Part shown: positions 1 through 8,980 of the stretch, in pieces | Position numbering within the stretch: the first letter of the stretch is position 1 | Layout of the letters: every line of letters begins with the position of its first letter | NCBI GenBank assembly: GCA_963667015.2 | Contig: CAXXJJ010000004.1 | Location: 1,088,001-1,152,000, forward strand | Direction of reading: 5' to 3' | DNA: 64,000 nt | Origin: Desulfatiglandales bacterium | Lineage (GTDB): Bacteria > Desulfobacterota > DSM-4660 > Desulfatiglandales > HGW-15 | Position numbers and translations under genes: made by a program | The notes under the pieces: model-generated | Told to the model about the DNA's origin: nothing | What the model saw: only the letters and a program-made list of their open reading frames with translations | Databases searched by the model: none

Positions 1-1797
1 AAGGGTGAAGTTATGGGAATGCGGGATGAGGCAAGCGGGCCGGTTTCCTACCTTGTAGGGTATTTTGAACGGGACTATGGAAAATCCGCACTTTATGCCC
101 ATAAGGATGTAATAATTGACGCATCCGCCCTGCCCTCCGGCATTACCCTTTCCTGGACAGGAACTGATGATGCACGAGTTCTGGCAGTTTATGGTGACCT
201 GATAATGGAAAATGTAACAGTAACAGGCGGCCGCAGTGTTGCCGAGGATATTTCTGCAACCAACGATGAACAGCCATGGACCCTTGCCAGGGGCGGTGCA
301 ATAGCCGTATGGGGTGTCGCACAGCTTAGTAACTGCAAACTATATGACAACTACTGCGAAGGTGATTTTGACTCGGCAAGAGATCGCGGGGCATTCGGCG
401 GAGGCATTTATGCTGATATCGTAGATATGGTGGATTGTATAGTCAGCGGTAATACCGTTTATGGAGGAGGTGTTTCTGGAGGCGGCGTTTTTTCAGTGGG
501 AGGAGTTGAGACATCCCAGACAACTTCATATATTGAAAGGTCGTCTATTACAGGTAATCACATAACAGGACTTATGGCCTATGGCGGCGGTGTATACTCT
601 GATGGCGGAGGGATTGGTAATTCCAATACACTCAGACTGATAAACTCAACTATAGCTCAAAACCTTGTAGATTATCCTTTTCCCACATCCTTCGGCTACT
701 GGCGTGGCGGCGGAGTCTATATGTCAAACGGTTCAATGATAATAAAGACCTGTACCATTGTGGAAAATGAAGTCTATGGAGTAGCCAGAACCGACAGCCT
801 CGGCAAAAAGAACCTGGCTGGCGGTATTGCTGCAACCATAGGGAATGCCCATGCACTTGAGGACATGATAATAGGGCACTCTATTATCGCTGGAAACACA
901 GTACATGAGTATGGTGATCCTATCCCTGGAGTTACCTATAACCATGACATCTTTACAGGATCAGCTTTCTATTTTAAGAGTATGGGATACAACCGGATTG
1001 GCGTTATTGACTTCAGCCAGATACTGGTGCCAGTCGGTGAAGAAGACTGGAGATCCCTAAACAGAAAATTTTATCCTCAAAGCAATGGGACAGATATATT
1101 GGATATAGATGGAATAGACATAGCAGATGTTCTTGACCTTACAGATGGCGTAACCTATTCGGAGGATATTCTGTCTGCCGGAGTGAATTCCGGTGAACCT
1201 GCTGTTCTCTATTACAATCCCCAGGGAAGTGCCCTGGACCAGATACCGGCAGGTTCCTACTCTGTAAGTGGTACATATTTTGAGTACAGCATTGCGGATA
1301 ATGCCACAAATAATTTCCTGGAGATCATGCTTGACCGGCTTGAAGCGGAATACTCCCTTACCGGTTTTGCTGCCGACTTTACATCTGATTTTGAAACCTT
1401 TCTTAACAGTGTAGACACTGATGATGAAACTGCAGGCATTCAGCCCTATGAGGATCCGGATGGAAACCCGATATTAGCGCTGGCAGACACACAGTGGTTC
1501 GGCCCTGCTGTTACATGGCCGAAAGAGCTGTACAATTATCCTTATATGGAATTCTGGCATCAGCTGGATGATGCCCTGATCGCGGAAAATATTCCAGGAA
1601 TGGGGCAGGAACTTATTTCGGAGAGCGTATGGGATAATCTTTTTCCTTCGTCAGGATATCTAACTGAAAATACCGGTATTTACCTTAGAAGAATACCAGA
1701 CACATTTTTTACTGTGATCAGTCAGGATGAAGATCAGCTTAATAACCAGCGCCCGGTGAATAGTCTTGGAGATATCGGAGCCATTGAAGTCCAGTGA
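1..1797 (+). CDS. Secreted beta-helix repeat protein with choice-of-anchor-Q-like C-terminus (5'-truncated by window edge)
   Basis: Repeated GGA/GGG-(I/V)Y and 'STIxxN' units; ends DQLNNQRP...DIGAIEVQ; frame is open from base 1. Confidence 0.65.
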   Translation, partial: KGEVMGMRDEASGPVSYLVGYFERDYGKSALYAHKDVIIDASALPSGITLSWTGTDDARVLAVYGDLIMENVTVTGGRSVAEDISATNDEQPWTLARGGAIAVWGVAQLSNCKLYDNYCEGDFDSARDRGAFGGGIYADIVDMVDCIVSGNTVYGGGVSGGGVFSVGGVETSQTTSYIERSSITGNHITGLMAYGGGVYSDGGGIGNSNTLRLINSTIAQNLVDYPFPTSFGYWRGGGVYMSNGSMIIKTCTIVENEVYGVARTDSLGKKNLAGGIAATIGNAHALEDMIIGHSIIAGNTVHEYGDPIPGVTYNHDIFTGSAFYFKSMGYNRIGVIDFSQILVPVGEEDWRSLNRKFYPQSNGTDILDIDGIDIADVLDLTDGVTYSEDILSAGVNSGEPAVLYYNPQGSALDQIPAGSYSVSGTYFEYSIADNATNNFLEIMLDRLEAEYSLTGFAADFTSDFETFLNSVDTDDETAGIQPYEDPDGNPILALADTQWFGPAVTWPKELYNYPYMEFWHQLDDALIAENIPGMGQELISESVWDNLFPSSGYLTENTGIYLRRIPDTFFTVISQDEDQLNNQRPVNSLGDIGAIEVQ

Positions 1798-1822
1798 TAT
1801 CCGAATCCTATATCTTCAAGCT

Positions 1823-2164
1823 GCAGGGGCATGACGCATCGTGCCCAAAAAATGTTCATACCGGTTTATCAATTTCACAAGGGCACGGTGCGCCGTGCCC
1901 CTACAAATTCATCTCTCAAATCGATAATTAAATTTTATTTTCCTCGTTCCTACGGTCCACCGTGGGAACTTCTGTTTTTGGACGCTCCGCGTTGCTTTTC
2001 AAGGCTCTATGAAATCAAAAGCAGTTAAAATACCTGAATGATTACTATTAATAGGACACTGCTACGCAGTTATGTTTATAAATTTGGCACCTGAATATCA
2101 GAAGGTTTCCCAAATTTGTGTCACTAAACTATAAAAAAAGGGCGAAAGATTTTTCGCCCCTGCA
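1823..2164. repeat. Cluster of REP-like palindromes (GTAG/GCAG-type)
   Basis: GCAGGGGCATGACGCATCGTGCCC (1823-1846), inverted GGGCACGGTGCGCCGTGCCCCTAC (1881-1904), CTCGTTCCTACGGTCCACCGTGGGAAC (1943-1969), GGGCGAAAGATTTTTCGCCCCTGCA (2140-2164). Confidence 0.7.
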
Positions 2165-2209
2165 TTTTAAATTCACAATCAAACCGGATATACGCCTGAA
2201 TAACAGTAA

Positions 2210-4147
2210 TCACATACCCGGATCTGCTGTTACTATCTTGATTGCATTTCCTGCTGGAACAGTTGTATATCCATTAACCTCCAATACTGATTCAAAAACC
2301 TTATAGGCCTCATCAACAGTCAATTTCGTCGGCGTCATTAGAGTGACCTTCCCTTTGACATCTTTTCCCACAATAAAATTCTTACCGGTTAACTCACTAA
2401 TTAATTTAATAAAGTGTTTAATATCTATATTATCCATATCTATTTGAACCATTCTTGGTTTTTCATCTGAGTTTTGAAGAACAATATTCTCATCTTCTGT
2501 TGATGATTTTTCTAATATATGTGGCGTAATAAATACGTATAGATTCTTACCGATACTTTCGGATGAAGAAGTATCTTTTATAGTTATTCCTGTTACCAAT
2601 ACAATATCTCCATCTTTTGTTATTAACATAGTATTAATATTTTTAATCAAATTCCGCGCTGGATCTTCTTCATCAACCACTTCAACGACTTCTAATTCAA
2701 TATTCTGCGTGATGTAGTTATTTTCACTGATATTAATGGGTAATATTTTTAATTGAATGTCTGGCATACTTGAATCCGCAGATGGAGCAGCGCTCATTGT
2801 GGCAGTTGATCCCTTTGCAGTAATAATTCTGGGAAAACTTAAAACTTTAACATCCGGATCATCATCCATAAAACCAAATAATTCTTCTAAATCCTCAAAA
2901 GATTCACCATCGATATTTATGCCATCTGTAAATGCATGAAAAGCCATTCCAATAACCTCTTGATCCTCCGGAGTTCTGCCAAAAATATCTTTATCAATAT
3001 CGGCTTCCATTATAAGCATTTTATAAAGGATTGTATCCTGTGATTTAATCTCGATTTCCTCTTGAGCCTGATTTGAATTGATTTCATCATAACTGTAATC
3101 TGAAGTTTGTGAAATTCCAGCCATTGGCATTACACAGACAACCATAAATAAAGTTGAACAGATTGTTGTTGTTATCCGCCTTTTGCGATTTTCCCATGAC
3201 TTTTTCTCCAACCATTTTAGGCGAGGTACAAGCCTGAAAGGCTCTTCAAAAATACCGAGGAATCCCAGGCTTGGTTCCATATTCTCTGCAAAGAGTTCCC
3301 GTGCAGTTTTTAAAAGAGTATCACGGTAGGCACCAGTCTTTTCCCGAAGAATATTTGCAACACTCAAATCACAGCATATTTCACATATATACCTCATTTG
3401 CCTGCGTGCCCATATTAACAGCGGGTTAAACCAGTAGACAATTTGAATTAAAATACAAAACCAGTGTACCTGTAAATCACCTCGTTTTAAATGACAAAGC
3501 TCATGAATCAATACATGTTCTGCCTGTTCTTTTGAGAGTTTCTCCATGTATCCCTCTGGTAATATAAGGTAAGGTTTTGTAATGCCATATACTGCAGGAC
3601 TCTTTACATCTTTTGAGAATACTACAGCTGGTATTTTATTAAGTTTTAACTTCTTTGCTACTGTTACCATTAATTCATTATGCCATTCAGGAATGTCCTC
3701 TTTTACCCGCTGCCTGTACCACTTTCTAAACTGAATCATCTTCCTTATCAGCAAGAGAGAGAAAATAAACATTCCTGAAATCCAGCCTGATAAAAGCCAG
3801 GTCTTCCAGGATGCAACTTCAACTCCAGCTTTATTTCCTTCATCTTTAGGTGATATGATTTCGCCACCGTTTATTATCTCATCACTTATACCGATTCGAA
3901 CTGATATCTGTTCTTCGACCTGTGGTTGAGTCCAGGAGATAATACTTGTTGGCATTTCCCATGTAGGAGGAATAATAAGTTTTATAAACACAAGTGCCCA
4001 TAACGCATATCTGACCTGAGGCCATGCCCATTTTCGGATTCCCATGTCCAACGCAGTTACAATGATTATAAGCAGACTAACCTGCCAGAACATGCTACCC
4101 ATCCACTGCCACCATATTTGAGCCATATCATTGAGTTGTGCGATCAT
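2210..4147 (-). CDS. BlaR1-like M56 metallopeptidase fused to a mini secretin-core domain and a GspD-N0-like domain
   Basis: N-terminal TM helices, SPAVYG..P, HELCH zinc motif, WFNPL, EICCD; C-terminal VLSFPRIIT...KDGDIVLVTGI...LYVFITPHIL, then IDMDNIDIKHFIKLISELTGKNFIVGKDVKGKVTL. Confidence 0.85.
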   Translation of the reverse strand: MIAQLNDMAQIWWQWMGSMFWQVSLLIIIVTALDMGIRKWAWPQVRYALWALVFIKLIIPPTWEMPTSIISWTQPQVEEQISVRIGISDEIINGGEIISPKDEGNKAGVEVASWKTWLLSGWISGMFIFSLLLIRKMIQFRKWYRQRVKEDIPEWHNELMVTVAKKLKLNKIPAVVFSKDVKSPAVYGITKPYLILPEGYMEKLSKEQAEHVLIHELCHLKRGDLQVHWFCILIQIVYWFNPLLIWARRQMRYICEICCDLSVANILREKTGAYRDTLLKTARELFAENMEPSLGFLGIFEEPFRLVPRLKWLEKKSWENRKRRITTTICSTLFMVVCVMPMAGISQTSDYSYDEINSNQAQEEIEIKSQDTILYKMLIMEADIDKDIFGRTPEDQEVIGMAFHAFTDGINIDGESFEDLEELFGFMDDDPDVKVLSFPRIITAKGSTATMSAAPSADSSMPDIQLKILPINISENNYITQNIELEVVEVVDEEDPARNLIKNINTMLITKDGDIVLVTGITIKDTSSSESIGKNLYVFITPHILEKSSTEDENIVLQNSDEKPRMVQIDMDNIDIKHFIKLISELTGKNFIVGKDVKGKVTLMTPTKLTVDEAYKVFESVLEVNGYTTVPAGNAIKIVTADPGM

Positions 4148-4183
4148 GCGTTACTCCCTTTGATTTCCATACAAATTCAGACT

Positions 4184-4428
4184 GTAGGTTGGGTTAAGCG
4201 AAGCAACCCAACAAAAGATCAAATATATTGCCCCTTAGTTCATTCAAATCTTAAAAAACAGCTTTAGTGAATGTTGGGTTATGAACCCAACCTACCTCAC
4301 TTTTGACTTAATAAAATTGTCTGCCAAAAGCATCCCTGGATGCGATATATCAATAGATAATCAGATACATATAATATAACAAGCTCTGCAGGAGCGGCAT
4401 ATGTCAACTATGTCACCCCTCTGGGGCT
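4184..4428. repeat. REP-like inverted pairs
   Basis: GTAGGTTGGGTTAAGCGAAGCAACCCAACA (4184-4213) with inverted TGTTGGGTTATGAACCCAACCTAC (4272-4295); AGCTCTGCAGGAGCGGCATAT...ATGTCACCCCTCTGGGGCT (~4382-4428). Confidence 0.65.
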
Positions 4429-4575
4429 ATATATTTTTTGTACTATTGTGGCTATTAATATATCACCGCGATGCGGTTAAAAATCAAAGCTTAAGTCAAC
4501 AACATTAGGTATATAATCCCACTCTTCAAAAATAAATCGGTTATCGTCTTCGAAATGCCATGCAACCTTTGAAGT

Positions 4576-4784
4576 CTATATATCCTTTAATATACCGAGC
4601 TTCCTGTTCTCAGCATCTCTAAGATTACTGTTATACTGATCAAGCTGCTGTCGTAACCCCTCGAGTATCGACAAGTTTGCATGAAGTTGTTCAGGCAGAC
4701 CGCCAATATATTTTTCTCTATATTTTTTCCGTTCTTCAATTTTTTCTTTTAATTGTTTCTCAACAGTATTGAGTTCATTACTTA
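4576..4784 (-). pseudogene. Detached 3' end of the 6704-8947 M56 gene (Wzc/GumC-like coiled coil)
   Basis: Removing the IS joins ...MEMASGTLTFL|SNELNTVEKQLKEK...YIGGLPEQLHANL in one frame. Confidence 0.75.
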
Positions 4785-4804
4785 GGGATGACTCAAAAAT
4801 AAAA

Positions 4805-5734
4805 TCACATTTTAGTTGGATGTAAAATATAATTCCACTCAGGTAATAGGCCATTTTTGATGGCTATTTGATCCATTTGTTTGTTAGAAACTTTCTCTCC
4901 TGTTTTATAATTTTTTCTGACAAAATGTGCTTTCACCTTGAGGCCTGTAGATGTTTTTGTAGTACGGATATATTTTAGAACAGTCTCATACGATTCAAGC
5001 GGACGTCCAGCCCAGTTTTTGCTGACCTCTGAAAACAGTCTATGTTCGATAGGGTTCCATTTTGACGAACCGGGAGGATAGTGGCTGACTCTGATGGATA
5101 ATCCATACCGGTTACAAATATTTTTTTGGATTTTATATTTCCACACCCTTGATCGGCAGCTGTTGCTACCGCCTGAATCAGCCAGTATAAGCAGCTCTTT
5201 GACATCCGGATAATTGGCTTTCCCTTCGGTCTTCCACCAGGTCTCAATGGAATCAACAGCAAAAGAGGGCGTATCCCGTGTAACACCCAGAAAAACTGTA
5301 CCGATATTTTTTTGTGTATCATAGATACCGTATGGAATAGCTTTCCCTTTGGCATCACTAGGGAAGTCATGATCTTTAACTTCAATGGGAGATTCCTGCC
5401 AGGAATCTCCCCAGTTTTTAAAGTTCCCAATCAACTCTTTTTTCTTGGTATCAACACTGATAACAGGAAGTTGTCGTTTCGTAAATTTTTCGCGTAAATC
5501 GGCAATATAGCCAAATTGCTGGTCTCTTTTTTTCGGGTCCGGCGGATTGCTTATCCCGGATTCTATTTTTTTACAATTCACTTTCAAGGAAAAGCCCATT
5601 TGTTTTAAAAGCCTGCATACTGTATTTGCGGAAACAATAATTCCAATAGACTCCAGTTCGCTGGATATTTTTTCCGTGGTTTTTCGTGTCCACTTCAGTC
5701 CGCTTATTGGATGGCCTGCTGTTTCGTATTTCAA
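4805..5734 (-). CDS. ISAzo13 transposase, catalytic DDE part
   Basis: PVISVDTKKKELIGNFKN, DHDF, PYGIYD, ADSGGSN, PPGSSKWNPIEHRLFS motifs. Confidence 0.92.
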   Translation of the reverse strand: MKYETAGHPISGLKWTRKTTEKISSELESIGIIVSANTVCRLLKQMGFSLKVNCKKIESGISNPPDPKKRDQQFGYIADLREKFTKRQLPVISVDTKKKELIGNFKNWGDSWQESPIEVKDHDFPSDAKGKAIPYGIYDTQKNIGTVFLGVTRDTPSFAVDSIETWWKTEGKANYPDVKELLILADSGGSNSCRSRVWKYKIQKNICNRYGLSIRVSHYPPGSSKWNPIEHRLFSEVSKNWAGRPLESYETVLKYIRTTKTSTGLKVKAHFVRKNYKTGEKVSNKQMDQIAIKNGLLPEWNYILHPTKM

Positions 5735-5742
5735 AAGCTTTC

Positions 5743-6516
5743 TTATCCTTTCGGTGACCTGCGGAATTTTTTTTCCACAGGTTTTCTGCCGGCTCCTTTC
5801 TCGCGGATACGATCGACTTTTATATCCTGGCTGAATAATTCTCTACGCCCTTTGGAAACAGTATGAACATCCAATCCCAATAATTTTGCGATTTGGTTAT
5901 CTCCGCCATGTCCCAATTTATAGGATTCCAAACCAGCATACAGTCGTCGCTGCTTTTCATCTAATAGACTGAAAAACAATATTATCGCTGCTTTCAGCTC
6001 CTCAGAGAGCAGTTTAATTTCATATGAGAGGTCAACCTCAAATTTTTCAGCGCCTGTTTTACGAACTGCAATCTGCCTTTTTTTATCATGCACTTCACTG
6101 GAAAGATACACATAGTATCCCCCGAATTTCTCTCGGTTGATTCGTCCTTGCTTATAAAGACTCAGAAGGGGGTGTTTGGTTTCAACATGAAGGATATCTT
6201 CAAGTTCGTGAGTTGTATAGCCGGCGTTTGAGTTTTCCACAAACTCTTTTGCCGTTTCAACGAGATTGCCATATTGGGAAAACCACACCGATTGAAAGGA
6301 CCATAAACCAAGTTCATCAAATTTTGGAATGTTCTGCAAGGTGTAGTACTTTCCCCTGTGAGAATAACTTGAAAGATAGTTAAGCTCTTTGAGTGATCGA
6401 AAAACAGTCATTGTACTATTGGTATGAAGTGCATGTTTTAGATTGTCTAACCTTCCGATTTTATTGCTTTTAAAGAATTCCAAGGCTTCGTTTAACCGAG
6501 GTTTTTGAGCGTACAT
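5743..6516 (-). CDS. ISAzo13 transposase N-terminal part (joined by -1 frameshift at A8)
   Basis: LDEKQRRLYAGLES..LGHGG...GAGRK motif; the -1 frame continues IPQVTERIRKLLKYETAGHP. Confidence 0.85.
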   Translation of the reverse strand: MYAQKPRLNEALEFFKSNKIGRLDNLKHALHTNSTMTVFRSLKELNYLSSYSHRGKYYTLQNIPKFDELGLWSFQSVWFSQYGNLVETAKEFVENSNAGYTTHELEDILHVETKHPLLSLYKQGRINREKFGGYYVYLSSEVHDKKRQIAVRKTGAEKFEVDLSYEIKLLSEELKAAIILFFSLLDEKQRRLYAGLESYKLGHGGDNQIAKLLGLDVHTVSKGRRELFSQDIKVDRIREKGAGRKPVEKKFRRSPKG

Positions 6517-6566
6517 TTGATATAGTTCCCCCTATTAAATTGATAATAGGGGGAACTATATCAAAT
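6515..6566 (-). promoter_or_regulatory. 23-bp perfect hairpin covering transposase RBS and start
   Basis: ATTTGATATAGTTCCCCCTATTA-aattga-TAATAGGGGGAACTATATCAAAT. Confidence 0.8.
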
Positions 6567-6703
6567 TATTTTCAATCCTGTCAATATTTAACCTGCTAAT
6601 ATTACAATGTAATATATCTATCGCCATGTCAGACGCTTTCAAGCTTTATGGTATAGTTCATCTTTAATCTGTTAATTTATTTATGAGTCATCCCTTAGAA
6701 AAG

Positions 6704-8947
6704 TTAACGTCCCTGATGCCATTTCCATTTTTTTTCTTTCTCCTCAGATGTCCTCAGTTTATCCTCCATCTGGAGCTTTTTTTTCTCTATGGATACTGCT
6801 GTTTCAGCATCCGATTTCTTATCTTTTAATGAGTTATGTATCTCTGACAGGCGGTCATATTCGCTATCAAGCTTTACAAGTTCTTTTTCTCTCAGGGGAG
6901 TATCCTCTACCATTTTCTGATAATGCAGCATTTGTGACTCTGTTTCTTCAATCTGTGCCTTGAGACTGGTAATATTGCTTTCCAATTGTTTCAGTTTTTG
7001 TTGAGTTAATGCTTTCTTAACGATTTCCCTGGCCTCTGCGATACTGGAGGCCACATCCTTGATAATAATCGTATTTGTGCGTCTGTTAATAGATATAGTA
7101 CCACGATCGGTCAGGAGAATATCAGGAATGATCTTATCAGCGTCCGCGTAATCCACTGGAATATATTCTGTTACAATAGGGATCAGACCATCATCGTCAA
7201 CTTCGAGTTCTCCTTTTTGATCAATATTTTTCTCAACCGTCTTATCTATGGAAGTTGAAGGATCCTGATTTTTTTCAAGTTCTAAAATATGCGGAGTGAA
7301 AAATGCATATACTTTCTTTTTTATTCTTTCGGATGAAGAACTATCTTCATTAACGGCTAAGAAAGTAATTCCACTTACTAAAATAGTATCACCATCTTTG
7401 GCCATTAATTTTGTCTTAAACGTATTGGTTCTTCCAGCAGGATAATTTTCTGTCGCTTCCGCCATGATCTTTAATTCAAAATCCTGTGTAATAAAATCAT
7501 TTTCGTTTATATTGTGTGGTGATATTTTTATTTGAAAACCGAGTTTATTTGGAGAATCCGGCATTGGACCTGAACTCAACATTGCGGTTGATCCATTGGC
7601 AGAAATAATACTGGGAGAGCTTAAAATATTAATGTCAGGATCATCCTGCATAAAACCGGATAATTCTTTAAGGTTTTCAAAAGATTCGCCGTCAACCTCT
7701 ATTCCGTCTTTAAAATCACGGAAACCTATTCCAGGATTATTTTTATCAGGCTCCTGGCCAGAAGAACTGCCAAAATCAAATTCTCTATCAATATATGCTT
7801 CCATTAACAGGATGTCATAAAGAATCTGGCCCTGTAGCGCACTCTCATTCTTTTCCTGATCCTGACTTGGAATTATCTCATCATAACCATTGTCTGATGT
7901 TTGTGAAATACCGGCCATGGGCATTACACATATTATCATGAACAAAGTAGTACAGATGGTTACTGCCAGCCTTCTTTTTCGGTTTTCCCACGACTTTTTC
8001 TCAAGCCATTTCAGTCGTGGAACCAGCCTGAAGGGCTCTTCAAAGATTCCCAAAAAACCTAAACTTGGCTGCATATTTTCAGCAAAAAGTTCACGGGCTG
8101 AATGCAAAAGCGTTTCGCGATAGGATGCAGTCTTCTCCCTGAGCACATTTGCAACACTCAGGTCGCAGCATATTTCACACACGTGCCTCATCTGGCGACG
8201 GGTCCAGATCAACAGGGGATTAAACCAGTAGACTATTTGAACGACAATGCAAAACCAGTGAACAAGCAGATCTCCTCTTTTTAAATGACACAACTCATGG
8301 ATAAGCACATGTTCTGCCTGCTCTCTTGATAGTTGCTCAAGGTAACCATCCGGCAGCAGAAGAACCGGTTTTAAAACTCCATATACCGCAGGACTTTTTG
8401 CGTCTTCAGAAAATATTACAGACGGGATATTCTTCAGCCTTAAACGGGCGGCTGTCTTTGCAATTAGTTCATTAAACCAGTCAGGAATATCAGAATTTTC
8501 ATCAACTCTATACATTTTACGAAATTTAAACATTTTTCTCAGCAGCATGAAGGCAAAAACAAACATTCCAGAAAGCCAGGTCATCAATGCAAAACTCTTC
8601 CAGCTCATCTGTTCAGTAGTAAAAGGTATTATAATATCTTCATCAGGAGGGACAAAATTTACTGAACTTTCTTCAATTTTGTCACTCATATCGACTTTAA
8701 AGGATATCTGTTCTTCGACCTGTGGCTGAATCCATGAAACAATGCTTGTCGGCATTTGCCATTCAGGCGAAATAATGAGTTTTATAAATACAAGTGCCCA
8801 CAGTGCATATCTGACCTGCGGCCACGCCCATTTGCGGATAACCATGTCCAGAGCAGTTATAAGGATTATAAGCAGACTTACCTGCCAGAACATATTTCCC
8901 ATCCACTGCCACCAGATTTGTGCTATATCATTAAGTTGTGCAGTCAT
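6704..8947 (-). CDS. BlaR1-like M56 peptidase fused to mini secretin core, secretin-N domain and Wzc-like coiled coil (C-terminally truncated)
   Basis: HELCH/EICCD; ILSSPSIISANG...FFTPHIL; EYIPVDYADA...RGTISINRRTNTIIIKD; TPLREKELVKLDSEY...AETAVSIEKK. Confidence 0.85.
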   Translation of the reverse strand: MTAQLNDIAQIWWQWMGNMFWQVSLLIILITALDMVIRKWAWPQVRYALWALVFIKLIISPEWQMPTSIVSWIQPQVEEQISFKVDMSDKIEESSVNFVPPDEDIIIPFTTEQMSWKSFALMTWLSGMFVFAFMLLRKMFKFRKMYRVDENSDIPDWFNELIAKTAARLRLKNIPSVIFSEDAKSPAVYGVLKPVLLLPDGYLEQLSREQAEHVLIHELCHLKRGDLLVHWFCIVVQIVYWFNPLLIWTRRQMRHVCEICCDLSVANVLREKTASYRETLLHSARELFAENMQPSLGFLGIFEEPFRLVPRLKWLEKKSWENRKRRLAVTICTTLFMIICVMPMAGISQTSDNGYDEIIPSQDQEKNESALQGQILYDILLMEAYIDREFDFGSSSGQEPDKNNPGIGFRDFKDGIEVDGESFENLKELSGFMQDDPDINILSSPSIISANGSTAMLSSGPMPDSPNKLGFQIKISPHNINENDFITQDFELKIMAEATENYPAGRTNTFKTKLMAKDGDTILVSGITFLAVNEDSSSSERIKKKVYAFFTPHILELEKNQDPSTSIDKTVEKNIDQKGELEVDDDGLIPIVTEYIPVDYADADKIIPDILLTDRGTISINRRTNTIIIKDVASSIAEAREIVKKALTQQKLKQLESNITSLKAQIEETESQMLHYQKMVEDTPLREKELVKLDSEYDRLSEIHNSLKDKKSDAETAVSIEKKKLQMEDKLRTSEEKEKKWKWHQGR

Positions 8948-8980
8948 TATTTATTTCTCCCGCTTCCTGATGCAATCGGT

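Larger units (their letters stand above)
4785..6694 (-). mobile_element. ISAzo13-family insertion sequence (1910 bp)
   Basis: Terminal inverted repeats GGGATGACTCA(A/T)AAATAAA; flanking direct repeat TTA (4782-4784 and 6695-6697, extendable to CTTAG); transposase inside. Confidence 0.9.

Noticed and set aside
1831..2306. Short ORFs 1831-2028 and 2118-2306
   Set aside because: They run through REP palindromes or antisense to a real gene and show no protein features
4785..4854. N-terminus of the 92-aa ORF 4576-4854 as a real gene start
   Set aside because: It lies inside the IS end; only 4576-4784 is host coding remnant
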